A DNA stretch of 63,072 nt, the filler included, from a bacterium (GTDB taxonomy: Bacteria; JAMOTN01): the NCBI GenBank assembly GCA_027062325.1. It is 7 parts of 7 records of this genome, joined end to end, with 100 filler letters (N's around TTAATTAATTAA, not from the genome) between each part and the next. Parts side by side here need not be neighbours in the genome. Positions count along the whole stretch, not along the records: positions 27,948 to 41,671 come from JAMOTN010000004.1; 6 more parts are not named here. One strand, 5' to 3'. The position numbers were made by a program, and so were the translations under genes. The notes under the pieces are model-generated. The model did not search any database. It was not told the origin of the DNA and saw only the letters and a list, made by a program, of their open reading frames with translations. Of this stretch, positions 30,184 through 39,055 are shown piece by piece (position 1 is the stretch's first letter; every line of letters begins with the position of its first letter).

Positions 30184-31022
30184 GATCTTTTAAGCTCTGC
30201 CTCCTCTTTTGCAATCTTGACGCCTGAACTAGTTCCCAGTCTATTTGCACCTGATTTTATCATCTTGACAGCGTCTTCGTAACTTCTGATTCCCCCTGCA
30301 GCTTTGACTCCCATCTCTTCTCCTACAGTTTTTCTCATGAGAAGAACATCTTCAGCACGTGCTCCCCAAGATCCGAATCCAGTAGAAGTTTTTACGAAGT
30401 GAGCACCTGCTGCTTTTGAAATTATGCAAGCGGTGATTTTTTCTTCATCTGTTAAGTAGCAGCACTCTATTATTACTTTGACAACATTTCCGGATGCTGC
30501 TTTTACGACTTCTTCAATATCATGCTGAACAGCTTTGTAATCCTTATCCTTGAGGGCTCCAATGTTTATAACCATGTCTATTTCTGTTGCACCGTTTTTT
30601 ATTGCCTCCTCGGTTTCCTTTGTCTTTGCATAGGTTGTAGTTGCTCCAAGGGGAAATCCGACCACTGTGCAAACGTCAATCCCTGTCCCAGATAAAACTT
30701 CTGAGCAGAGTTTAACCCAGTAAGGATTTACACATACACTTGCAAAACGATACATTTTTGCTTCTTCACATAGTCGCAATATATCGTTCTTTTGAGCAGT
30801 TGGTTTTAAAAGAGTGTGATCTATCATTGCGGCAACGTTTACGTTGAGTGTTTCGCCGCGTTTAATGTAAGGCGTTTTGTAGTAGCTGGTTAATCTGTCT
30901 TCTGATGAGGTTATGCGCCGTGATACTTTAGCTCCTTCTGAAGCTGAAAAGTTGAGACCGCCTTCTTTCAATGGAACTGAAAAATCAAGGTTGTTGAGAA
31001 CTTTTCTTATTTCTGCGTCCAT
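30180..31022 (-). CDS. deoC: Deoxyribose-phosphate aldolase with a ~60-aa N-terminal extension
   Basis: [45 protein letters not shown]. Confidence 0.96.
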   Translation of the reverse strand: MDAEIRKVLNNLDFSVPLKEGGLNFSASEGAKVSRRITSSEDRLTSYYKTPYIKRGETLNVNVAAMIDHTLLKPTAQKNDILRLCEEAKMYRFASVCVNPYWVKLCSEVLSGTGIDVCTVVGFPLGATTTYAKTKETEEAIKNGATEIDMVINIGALKDKDYKAVQHDIEEVVKAASGNVVKVIIECCYLTDEEKITACIISKAAGAHFVKTSTGFGSWGARAEDVLLMRKTVGEEMGVKAAGGIRSYEDAVKMIKSGANRLGTSSGVKIAKEEAELKRS

Positions 31023-31297
31023 TTTCTTCCCTCCCTATACACCTCATCAACTATACCTATTATGCCATATATGAAAGGTGCTTCTTTGTCACCTAATATG
31101 GATTGAACGCTTCCTCCTTCTTTTATGAAAAGGACAATGTCTCCTACTCTGGCACCTACAAAGTCTATCATAACTTCACTCTTACCAGTTGAATTTAAAT
31201 TGATATCCAGCACCTCTACTAAGAACAAACGCTTGTTTTTAAGTTTTCCTATCTTCTCATTCAATACGACTTCTTCTTTAACACGGCCGAACTGCAC
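31007..31297 (-). CDS. BMC vertex (pentamer) protein, EutN/CcmL family
   Basis: GTG start with SD GGAGG; MQFGRV...K..KL...LFLVE...[12 protein letters not shown]...GGS...IIGIVD. Confidence 0.88.
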   Translation of the reverse strand: MQFGRVKEEVVLNEKIGKLKNKRLFLVEVLDINLNSTGKSEVMIDFVGARVGDIVLFIKEGGSVQSILGDKEAPFIYGIIGIVDEVYREGRKWTQK

Positions 31298-31310
31298 AGT
31301 ATATCCTCCC

Positions 31311-31592
31311 TTATTTGGTTCCTTCTTTTTTTCCAGACTTGTCGACGATTCCAATTATTGTGGCATCAGAGGGTACTATGCGCTCTGGAAATACGAGACC
31401 TGCTTCGAGGCCCCCAGTGGTCATCACAACATACTCACCATAGCCTGCACCTATTGCATCTGTTGCTATTAAAAAATTACCTGTTTCTTTCAACTCTTCA
31501 TTGAGTTCTTCTACAAGGAGAAGAGCCTTGCCTTCAACCACTGGATAAAGATAAGAAGGTGTCACTTTACCAACTACTTTTCCAAACTTCAC
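31311..31592 (-). CDS. BMC vertex (pentamer) protein, EutN/CcmL family
   Basis: MKFGKVVGKV...LLLVE...ATDAIGAGYGEYV...PSDATIIGIVD. Confidence 0.93.
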   Translation of the reverse strand: MKFGKVVGKVTPSYLYPVVEGKALLLVEELNEELKETGNFLIATDAIGAGYGEYVVMTTGGLEAGLVFPERIVPSDATIIGIVDKSGKKEGTK

Positions 31593-32431
31593 ACTATCAC
31601 GAACTCCTTTCCTAAATCTTTGGCGATGTCTCGAGCAAGCGGAGTAATGATAGTTTTCTTAGTTATAGGAATTTGATTTCCCTTCCAATGCTTTACAGTT
31701 TCCTCTGATACGAATTTTAAGGGTTGCATGGATGAGTTTAGCTGCGAATTGGTATTATTTACCAACTGACGCTTGACGTTTTCAATTTTTGCTTCTAGTG
31801 AAGTTGGTTCTTTTAGACTACTGGGTGTATTACAAAATGGAGAGGTACACTCTTCAGGTAGAGAGTTTATGCCATAAGGATCAGAACGACTAGAGAAAAT
31901 TTTGGACGTTGTATTTGGTAGTAAGTTGTTTACAGAATAAGCAGATGCTGACGATGCTTCTTTTGCTACAATTTGTGCTTGAAATAGAACACGGTTTTCA
32001 ATTGCGGTTATTTTGTCCACTCGTCTTGTATGGCGTCCACCTTCAAATTCAGTAGTTAAAAATGTTTCTACTACCCTTTTGGCAACCTCTTCACCTATAA
32101 CACGTGACCCCATGGTCAGCACGTTTGCGTTGTTGTGGGCGCGTGCATTGTAGGCTGAGAATATTTCATTGCAGCAGGCTGCTCTTATTGTTGGAATTTT
32201 GTTGGCAACCATTGCGCTTGCAACTCCGACTCCATCAATCATTATTCCAAATTCAGCTTCCCCGTTCGCAACTTTCAGTGCAACTTGAATGGCAAAGTCG
32301 GGATAATCAACAGATTCTGGGGAATGGGTGCCAACATCTATTACTTCAACTGAAAATTTATCAACTATCCATTTTTTCAATTTCTCCTTTAATTCGAATC
32401 CACCGTGATCAGAGCCTATGACGATTTTCAT
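31589..32431 (-). CDS. rpiB: RpiB/LacAB sugar-phosphate isomerase with a long C-terminal extension
   Basis: IGSDHGG, SVDYPD, ANKIPTIRAA, HNNANVL, FEGGRHTRRVDKI; ~130 extra residues ending IITPLARD. Confidence 0.9.
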   Translation of the reverse strand: MKIVIGSDHGGFELKEKLKKWIVDKFSVEVIDVGTHSPESVDYPDFAIQVALKVANGEAEFGIMIDGVGVASAMVANKIPTIRAACCNEIFSAYNARAHNNANVLTMGSRVIGEEVAKRVVETFLTTEFEGGRHTRRVDKITAIENRVLFQAQIVAKEASSASAYSVNNLLPNTTSKIFSSRSDPYGINSLPEECTSPFCNTPSSLKEPTSLEAKIENVKRQLVNNTNSQLNSSMQPLKFVSEETVKHWKGNQIPITKKTIITPLARDIAKDLGKEFVIV

Positions 32432-32462
32432 ATCCTTTCCACCTCACAAGTTTACCTCTTCA

Positions 32463-32494
32463 ATTATACAAAAAACTTCCTAGTATGCTATAAT
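32463..32494. promoter_or_regulatory. Overlapping divergent -10 boxes between rpiB and etfB
   Basis: Plus strand TGCTATAAT (extended -10, 32486-32494); minus strand TATAAT (32463-32468). Confidence 0.5.
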
Positions 32495-32560
32495 CCTAGC
32501 GAAATGTGAAAGTTCTTTTACAGAGGAACTTCTTTAACAATTTTAAAGAGGTGATTTGAT

Positions 32561-33310
32561 TTGAAAGTAGCGCTTTTGGTGAAGGGAACACCTGTTGAAC
32601 TAAGACCGACCAAAAGTGGTGGATATGTAAGAGAAGAATTAATATTAAATGAGACAGAGTTGAGTGCAGCAGGTTTTATTAACAAACTTTGTGCAGCAGT
32701 TAATGATGTGACGGTAGATGTCGTAAGTATGGGGCCAGAGGTTAATACTGAGGTAATTGTTCAGGCAGCGAGCGTGTTTGATGAGGAGTTGTGGGGGGAA
32801 TTTTATCTGCTTTCTGATCCGCGGCTTAAAGGTTCTGATACTTATGCGACGTCTAACGTGCTGGCTTCTTTTCTAAAAAAGAAGAATTATCAACTTATTC
32901 TTACTGGAAGTTACACTCAAGATAGTGCTACTTCTTTTGTACCTGCTCAGATTGCTCATATACTTGGTTATGCTTTTGCTGGTGATATAGTTGAAATTGT
33001 GGAAGTTAGATCTGAATATGTGCATTTAAAAGCTGGAGAAAATTGGTTAGATGAGATGAAAGTTAAGTATCCTGCTTTGCTTGCCTTTGCCCCTTCTAAA
33101 GTAGCAATAAATTTTGGTAGAATAGCAAAGGCGTTGAAAAGGGAAGTTAAAGTTATAGAAGGAGACGAAATAGAGGTCAAACCTTCCTTGACGGAGGTTG
33201 TTGCTGTAGAGAAGATTAAGTTTGAGAAGAAGGCGGAGAAAATAGAAGGGGATGTGTTGGAGAAGGCTAAGAGGGTATTGGAGATAATCAAAGGAGGGGA
33301 GGAGTTATGA
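32561..33310 (+). CDS. Electron transfer flavoprotein beta subunit-like (divergent)
   Basis: VVSMGP, LLSDPRLKGSDTYATSNVLA, LILTG...QDSATSFVPAQIA. Confidence 0.8.
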   Translation: MKVALLVKGTPVELRPTKSGGYVREELILNETELSAAGFINKLCAAVNDVTVDVVSMGPEVNTEVIVQAASVFDEELWGEFYLLSDPRLKGSDTYATSNVLASFLKKKNYQLILTGSYTQDSATSFVPAQIAHILGYAFAGDIVEIVEVRSEYVHLKAGENWLDEMKVKYPALLAFAPSKVAINFGRIAKALKREVKVIEGDEIEVKPSLTEVVAVEKIKFEKKAEKIEGDVLEKAKRVLEIIKGGEEL

Positions 33311-34632
33311 AAAGACCAGAAATAAAAACTCAGCTTCCTGGACCGGAGGCAAAGAAAATTTTGGCAGATGATGAACTGTTTATTTCTCCATCATATACTA
33401 GAAGTTATCCCATGGTTGCCAAAAAAGGGAATGGATGTTGGGTAGAAGATGTTGATGGTAACACTTACCTTGACTTCAATGCAGGAATTGCTGTTTGTTC
33501 AACTGGACACTGTCATCCAGAGGTTGTAGAGGCTATAAAAAAGCAAGCAGAAGAGTTAATTCACATGTCAGGAACTGATTTTTACTATCCTCAGCAAGTT
33601 GAGCTTGCCAAAAAACTTGCGGAGATTGCCCCAGGTGATAATGCCAAGCGTGTATTTCTTTCCAACTCTGGTGCTGAGGCAAACGAAGCTGCGATAAAGC
33701 TTGCTCGTTATCATACAAAGCGTCAGTATATTATAGCTTTCTACGGAGCTTTCCACGGTAGAACTTACGGAGCAATGAGCCTTACTGCTTCCAAGTATGT
33801 TCAAAGGAAGCACTTTGCTCCTCTTGTTCCTGGCGTTATTCACGTACCATATCCAAATCCATATAGACCTCCATTTTCAAAAGATGTTTCACCTGAAAAG
33901 GTTGCGGAAGAGGTAGTTCAATTTATTGAGGAAGTTGTATTCAATACTGTTGCTCCGGCAGAAGAAGTGGCGGCTATAATAGCGGAGCCAATTCAGGGAG
34001 AGGGTGGTTATGTTGTTCCGCCGGATAACTTTTTCCCACTTTTGAAGAAGTTGTGTGAAAAGTATGGAATCTTGCTTATAATTGATGAAGTTCAGGCAGG
34101 AATGGGAAGAACTGGTAAAATGTTTGCAATTGAGCACTTTGGAATAGAGCCTGATATAATTAGCGTTGCAAAAGGTATCGCTTCTGGTATGCCTTTGGGT
34201 GCTACAATTGCTTCTCGTGACGTTATGGATTGGCCTCCAGGGGCTCATGCGACTACTTTTGGAGGAAATCCAGTATCTTGTGCAGCTGCGCTAAAGACAA
34301 TAGAGCTTCTTCAAAATGAGTTGATTGAGAATGCGGCACGTCAGGGTGAGTACTTACTTGGAGAGCTTAAGAAGTTTATGGATGAATTTGAGTTCATAGG
34401 AGATGTTCGTGGAAAAGGTTTGATGATAGGTGTAGAGATAGTCAAAGATCGTGAGACCAAAGAAAGGGATGGTGCATTGCGCGATAAGATCGTTGATGAA
34501 GCATTTCGTAAAGGTTTGTTGCTTCTTGGAGCTGGTGCAAATGTTATAAGATTTTGCCCACCACTTGTAGTTACTAAGGAAGAGATAGATGTTGCACTTG
34601 AAATCTTGCGTGATGTTATGAAAAGTGTTTAA
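33307..34632 (+). CDS. Class III PLP aminotransferase (4-aminobutyrate/ornithine omega-aminotransferase type)
   Basis: NSGAEANE, FHGRTYG, EPIQGEGG, DEVQAGMGRTG, AKG, TFGGNP. Confidence 0.93.
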   Translation: MKRPEIKTQLPGPEAKKILADDELFISPSYTRSYPMVAKKGNGCWVEDVDGNTYLDFNAGIAVCSTGHCHPEVVEAIKKQAEELIHMSGTDFYYPQQVELAKKLAEIAPGDNAKRVFLSNSGAEANEAAIKLARYHTKRQYIIAFYGAFHGRTYGAMSLTASKYVQRKHFAPLVPGVIHVPYPNPYRPPFSKDVSPEKVAEEVVQFIEEVVFNTVAPAEEVAAIIAEPIQGEGGYVVPPDNFFPLLKKLCEKYGILLIIDEVQAGMGRTGKMFAIEHFGIEPDIISVAKGIASGMPLGATIASRDVMDWPPGAHATTFGGNPVSCAAALKTIELLQNELIENAARQGEYLLGELKKFMDEFEFIGDVRGKGLMIGVEIVKDRETKERDGALRDKIVDEAFRKGLLLLGAGANVIRFCPPLVVTKEEIDVALEILRDVMKSV

Positions 34633-34678
34633 GGTGCGATAAGAGCTTTTGCTTGGTGGAGGTAAAATAATGCTTGAT

Positions 34679-34723
34679 GGGGTGGCAAGGGAGATCTTGT
34701 AAGTGATCCTTTGCTGCCCCTTT
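34679..34723 (+). terminator. Putative intrinsic terminator
   Basis: GGGGTGGCAAGG...CCTTTGCTGCCCC followed by TTTGTT. Confidence 0.6.
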
Positions 34724-34788
34724 GTTATTATTTGTAGAAAGTATTGTGAATGTTAAAAGGTAGGAGCAAAGAAAGGAGGATGAGAGGG

Positions 34789-35184
34789 ATGGAAGTGATT
34801 ACAGTAAAAACTTCTCGTCGTATTCAGATGATTGATATAACTGCAGAGGTTGAATCTGTGGTGAGAAAAAGCGGTATTCAAAATGGAATAGTAGTGGTAT
34901 TTATTCCTCATACGACTGCTGCTATCACGGTGAATGAAAACGCAGATCCATCTGTAAAACATGATCTTGAGGAATTTTCAAAGGAGCTTGTACCGCATAA
35001 TTGGCGTTGGACGCATGGTGAGGGAAATTCAGACAGTCACTTTAAGAGTTCAATGTTTGGTCCGTCATTGACGCTTATCGTGGAGAATGGTCGTATAGCT
35101 TTGGGAACTTGGCAGGGAATAATATTTGCAGAATTTGATGGACCGCGTACCAGAAAGGTGTGGATACAAGTTATTGGTGCTTAG
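34789..35184 (+). CDS. yjbQ: YjbQ/UPF0047 family protein
   Basis: PHTTAAITVNENADP, HGEGNSDSH, LGTWQGI, EFDGPR. Confidence 0.92.
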   Translation: MEVITVKTSRRIQMIDITAEVESVVRKSGIQNGIVVVFIPHTTAAITVNENADPSVKHDLEEFSKELVPHNWRWTHGEGNSDSHFKSSMFGPSLTLIVENGRIALGTWQGIIFAEFDGPRTRKVWIQVIGA

Positions 35185-35212
35185 AAAGTGAAAGATGTGG
35201 GATTTTTAAGAG

Positions 35213-35662
35213 GTGATAAATGTGAACTGGAGAAAATTTTTTAGAGAAAAGGCTTGGTTAGGGGGGACTATTTTAGTATTTGTTTTGTTGCTTTCAGGGG
35301 AGTTTGCTAATTCTGATTCGTGGTTTGCAGGTAAAAGACCGTATGCTTTCATGGTTGGTGGCGGTGAGGCTGATGTTTACTCAAATTGGTTTTTGTTAAT
35401 TGGATCTGATTGGAGAATAAAGGGGAAAAATGTTGCCACACCGGATGATGGAACGTTTGTCTATATGCTTAAAAAGTACGTTTATATCATAAAGAGAATA
35501 GGTTATAACGGCAAAATTTTGCCAATTGCCTTTAAAAAAGGGAATTTTTTGATGATGGGTTTGGAACTTGATGGTTATTATATTGTGTTTTTGCCAATTG
35601 TTGGTATGCAAAGTGAACCATATTTGACACCCTATCAATTAATGAATATGAGGGAAAAATAA
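35213..35662 (+). CDS. Hypothetical exported protein
   Basis: SD GAGG, N-terminal hydrophobic segment, terminator directly downstream. Confidence 0.55.
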   Translation: MINVNWRKFFREKAWLGGTILVFVLLLSGEFANSDSWFAGKRPYAFMVGGGEADVYSNWFLLIGSDWRIKGKNVATPDDGTFVYMLKKYVYIIKRIGYNGKILPIAFKKGNFLMMGLELDGYYIVFLPIVGMQSEPYLTPYQLMNMREK

Positions 35663-35666
35663 GTAA

Positions 35667-35693
35667 GCCCGGCTGAGTTTGGATCAGCCGGGC
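35667..35693. terminator. Hairpin terminator between convergent genes
   Basis: GCCCGGCTGA-GTTTGGA-TCAGCCGGGC. Confidence 0.75.
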
Positions 35694-35736
35694 ATGTTTT
35701 TTGATATTTTTGATAAGTTGTCTAGAGCGTATTTTC

Positions 35737-36729
35737 CTAATTGTCAAACAAGTTATCTATAAAGTTGTGAATCTCTTGAGTTGCTGCATTGATTAGCTGT
35801 TGAGTTGCTTGATTTACTGCATGTTCAAGTTCTGAATGAAAGTGATCTGTCTCATTCTGAATGGCAGGTATTAGCTGATCTGCTGCAGATACGTATCCTG
35901 CTACATAGCCAAGTGCTGATGAAAATTCAACGTTTTTCTGAGTAAGCTTTTTAGCATACTTTGGATCTTCGACGTAATACATTACAAGAAGTCCTTGTAT
36001 AGCTTTTTCGATTTCTTTAGCAGCGTTAACTAATCCCCTCAAAGCTCTTGTAGGGGGATTTTCAGAACGAAGTGCTTTCACAAGAATATCAATAACATTG
36101 AGCTTTTTGGCTTTTATAGCTTTTACAGCTTCCTCTGCAACAGCTTTTGATAACTTTTTCTCCTTGTCAACCAAAGCTGCATATTGATCAGCAATGTCTG
36201 GATTGTTGAGAAGCTCAATTTCCAATTGATAACGCTTTTTCCCAACAGCGAGCAACTTTCTTACAAGGCTTGCGAAGCCAAAGGCAACCTCTTGAACTTT
36301 CTTCTTGGCGATTTTTACTTCCTGCATATCTGAAACATTAAGAGTTATTACAACCTTTTTAGTTTTCCCGGTAAAACTCTTTGCAATTAGTGTTTTGTTG
36401 ACGGAAGAGCTATTGACTATTTTGTGGTAAACTTTCAAGGCGTCTTCTTTGTAGTTGTGTTTTTCTAAAATGGTTGCTGCCTTGAATAGGATACGGATAG
36501 CATCTTGCAACTTCTTGATTGAGCGGTCTTTGTATATCTTCAACGTTTCGTCGAAAGAAAACTCTGCTACGTATAGCATATTTTCTGTTTTTGCAGCTTC
36601 TCTTATTAGGCCATCAGCTTTTTTAACCAGTTCACCAACTGTTGCAGCATTTATAATTAAGTTTACAATCAATACACTGATAGGGATTATTTTTGCAAGA
36701 TTCATATCTACCACCTCCATACTCCCCAC
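35737..36729 (-). CDS. Hypothetical exported all-helical protein
   Basis: Signal-like MNLAKIIPISVLIVNLIINA with SD GGAGG just upstream, so the true start is probably that Met; Ala/Lys-rich helices. Confidence 0.65.
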   Translation of the reverse strand: MGSMEVVDMNLAKIIPISVLIVNLIINAATVGELVKKADGLIREAAKTENMLYVAEFSFDETLKIYKDRSIKKLQDAIRILFKAATILEKHNYKEDALKVYHKIVNSSSVNKTLIAKSFTGKTKKVVITLNVSDMQEVKIAKKKVQEVAFGFASLVRKLLAVGKKRYQLEIELLNNPDIADQYAALVDKEKKLSKAVAEEAVKAIKAKKLNVIDILVKALRSENPPTRALRGLVNAAKEIEKAIQGLLVMYYVEDPKYAKKLTQKNVEFSSALGYVAGYVSAADQLIPAIQNETDHFHSELEHAVNQATQQLINAATQEIHNFIDNLFDN

Positions 36730-36802
36730 GCTAGCAGGCTACTTCATTCTACCCTTCCACAGTGAATTTTAATGATTTGATGAGGTGGTGTATCATACTT
36801 GG

Positions 36803-37150
36803 CTAATTACTTTTTATCCACGTTGCTAGTTTTTGTAAAGATATAGGTAATTTAACGGAACTTGTTGAAGTATAAGTTGTGTATTTAATGCGAATATCTC
36901 CTTTGTTTATGACTATTGAGTTAATAGCTAATTCATCTGGAAGTTCATTTTCGAGTTTGTTCAGTGTTCCAAGAATGGATGGAGGAGATACGGTTTTTTC
37001 TTCGTATTTAAAATTAATAAAATTTAAGATTGCTCCAATTAAAAGTGTTGAAAGAGCAATAACAGCTAAGATTGAATAAAAATGTGGTGAGATTGGGAGA
37101 CTTCTTGCCCATACCGGGACTAAATTATTAAGTTTCTTACTTTTTCCCAT
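36803..37150 (-). CDS. Small membrane protein, PilN-like
   Basis: One TM helix, then LNKLENELPDELAINSIVINKGDIRI resembling PilN. Confidence 0.4.
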   Translation of the reverse strand: MGKSKKLNNLVPVWARSLPISPHFYSILAVIALSTLLIGAILNFINFKYEEKTVSPPSILGTLNKLENELPDELAINSIVINKGDIRIKYTTYTSTSSVKLPISLQKLATWIKSN

Positions 37151-37767
37151 AGTGAATCAACCTCACATTTTATCTCTCTGTTTAGTGATTCTTCAATACT
37201 GCTTTTAATCTGATTTATACTCTCTGAATCTTCAAATAGAAAAAATACTTTTTCACCTTTTTCTTCGATGTCAGACATAGTAGAAGCGATGTTTACAATA
37301 CTTTCTGAAGAGATTTCTCCTTGGGATGTAGAGAATTGCTCAGATGTTCCAATTATAAATTCGAAGTAAGGTGAGATTTCATTACTCTGTTCTTTTGATG
37401 AATAAGGTTTTTGAGTTTTCAAAGATAAAATTAGAAGGTTTAGCTTTGTCTCTTCAAGTTTTCCTATAAATACAGGGAGCAGGGCATTATGGATACAACA
37501 GTGATGTATATGAGCTGGATCAAATTTTGAGGAGGTGAGAATTATACATTTGGTAAAGGTTGGTATGTCCAGTTTTTCTCTTAAAGATAAAATCTTTATA
37601 GGTAGTTCTTCTACTATATCAAAGCTTTCAATGGCTACATTGTATTTATAAGTATCAATAAGGATTGTGTGGTTTTGTGAAAAGATTAAAAAAGCTTGAG
37701 GAATAAAAGGCTTCATTTTTACCCAACTTTTAATACGTTTTTTCACGGCTTCTAACTTTTCGTTCAA
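37120..37767 (-). CDS. Hypothetical protein (possibly a degenerate PilM/GspL-like protein)
   Basis: SD GGAGG, 215-aa ORF directly upstream of the PilN-like gene. Confidence 0.45.
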   Translation of the reverse strand: MNEKLEAVKKRIKSWVKMKPFIPQAFLIFSQNHTILIDTYKYNVAIESFDIVEELPIKILSLREKLDIPTFTKCIILTSSKFDPAHIHHCCIHNALLPVFIGKLEETKLNLLILSLKTQKPYSSKEQSNEISPYFEFIIGTSEQFSTSQGEISSESIVNIASTMSDIEEKGEKVFFLFEDSESINQIKSSIEESLNREIKCEVDSLWEKVRNLII

Positions 37768-37803
37768 TACTGCTACCTCCTTGACTTGATAATAATTTAC
37801 CTT

Positions 37804-38901
37804 TTAAAGTCTTGTGTATTTTAAGGGGTTCACAGGTTTTCCGTATTTTCTAATCTCAAAATGAAGATGAGGGCCTGTGGCAATTCCAGTTTTACCAACT
37901 TTACCTATCACTTGACCTTTTTTAACATGCTGTCCATTTTTGACAAGTATTTTAGAAAGATGCGCGTATCGGGTTTCAAAACCTTTTTTATGCTTTATTA
38001 CAATAACTTTTCCGTATCCACGAAGCCATCCTACAAATGTGACAACTCCATCAGCTGCAGCATATACTGGCCTTCCAATTTTACCGCGTAGATCAATTCC
38101 GGTATGAAGTAGCCTTATGTGATATACAGGATGAATGCGATATCCAAAAGGAGAGGTTATGATGATTTTACCTCTTAAAGGTGAAGAAAACATGTACTTT
38201 TTAGAGATATGTTTTGGTTTTTCTAGAAACATTGCTAAGTCAACATTACCTTTTGCTTTGTAAGAAGCAGGTGGTATCAAGAGTTTCTGGCCTTCTTTTA
38301 ACATTGCAGTTTTTAAATGATTGTACTCTATCAAATTTATGAGTTTAACTTTAAATTTTCTGGCAATTGTCCACAAGCTGTCACCACGTTTCACAGTGTA
38401 AATAATAGGTTTATTTTGTTCTGTAGATTTTGTTAAAACTGTAGAAGAGATGGTTTGCTTGCGGTTTGAAAGGTTAAGTTGTGCTGGGAAAGTGTTTTGA
38501 GTTTGTATCTTAGAAGTTTTGGAATAACTTATCTTTGAATTGACATTTGAAGTTTCAACGAGCATTTGCGTGTTAGAGGTGAATTTTTTTGCTTTTACCT
38601 GGAGTTTTATCTCTCTTCCTTTCATTACTTTGAAAGAAAGTTTGTTTTGTGATGAGCTTTTTACTTGATTAAAAATTTTGTCTAGAGCTTTGACAAGTGT
38701 GATATTAACTTTATCGTTTTTATGCTGCCATTGCCAGTATTGAGTTAATTCTAATGTTGTTTTGTATACATGACCTGATTTTAAAGGGGTGGCTTGAAAT
38801 GAAAAAAGAATTGCTATGAGTGTGATTGAAAATATGATTGCTGCTACAGTGGTTGAAAGTGTCATTAGATCTAATTTGATGTTGTTCAGTTTTAGATTCA
38901 T
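37804..38901 (-). CDS. Membrane-anchored LysM + M23 peptidoglycan endopeptidase
   Basis: YTVKRGDSLWTIA (LysM), HTGIDL, YAHL, TGPHLHFEI. Confidence 0.92.
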   Translation of the reverse strand: MNLKLNNIKLDLMTLSTTVAAIIFSITLIAILFSFQATPLKSGHVYKTTLELTQYWQWQHKNDKVNITLVKALDKIFNQVKSSSQNKLSFKVMKGREIKLQVKAKKFTSNTQMLVETSNVNSKISYSKTSKIQTQNTFPAQLNLSNRKQTISSTVLTKSTEQNKPIIYTVKRGDSLWTIARKFKVKLINLIEYNHLKTAMLKEGQKLLIPPASYKAKGNVDLAMFLEKPKHISKKYMFSSPLRGKIIITSPFGYRIHPVYHIRLLHTGIDLRGKIGRPVYAAADGVVTFVGWLRGYGKVIVIKHKKGFETRYAHLSKILVKNGQHVKKGQVIGKVGKTGIATGPHLHFEIRKYGKPVNPLKYTRL

Positions 38902-38935
38902 ATTTTCCCCTCCCAGATTTTTGACTCCATAAAAG

Positions 38936-38962
38936 ATATCGGTAAAGAATAAAAAAAGTTAA
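38936..38962 (-). promoter_or_regulatory. Putative sigma28 promoter
   Basis: TTAA-N15-ACCGATAT. Confidence 0.55.
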
Positions 38963-38965
38963 AAT

Positions 38966-39003
38966 AAAAGCCCCGCCTCAGCTTTAACGCCAAGAGGCAG
39001 GGC
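38966..39003 (-). terminator. Intrinsic terminator after flgE
   Basis: Minus strand GCCCTGCCTC...GAGGCGGGGC-TTTT. Confidence 0.75.
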
Positions 39004-39055
39004 AATTCCCAAAGCACTCACGGAGGGGTGGTGGTTGCTATGGGAGGGGGTGGGG

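Noticed and set aside
31298-31354. Longer N-terminus of the second EutN in the ORF track
   Set aside because: It overlaps the first EutN; GTG 31297 has a GGAGG SD and gives the canonical EutN start
32505-32522. TGTGAAAGTTCTTTTACA as a Rex/CRP operator
   Set aside because: Half-site spacing is 8 nt, not the 6 nt required, and the right half is imperfect
33307-34632. Aminotransferase as a PLP-dependent amino-acid racemase
   Set aside because: It has EPIQGEGG typical of omega-aminotransferases rather than the GDAG variant I associate with the racemases
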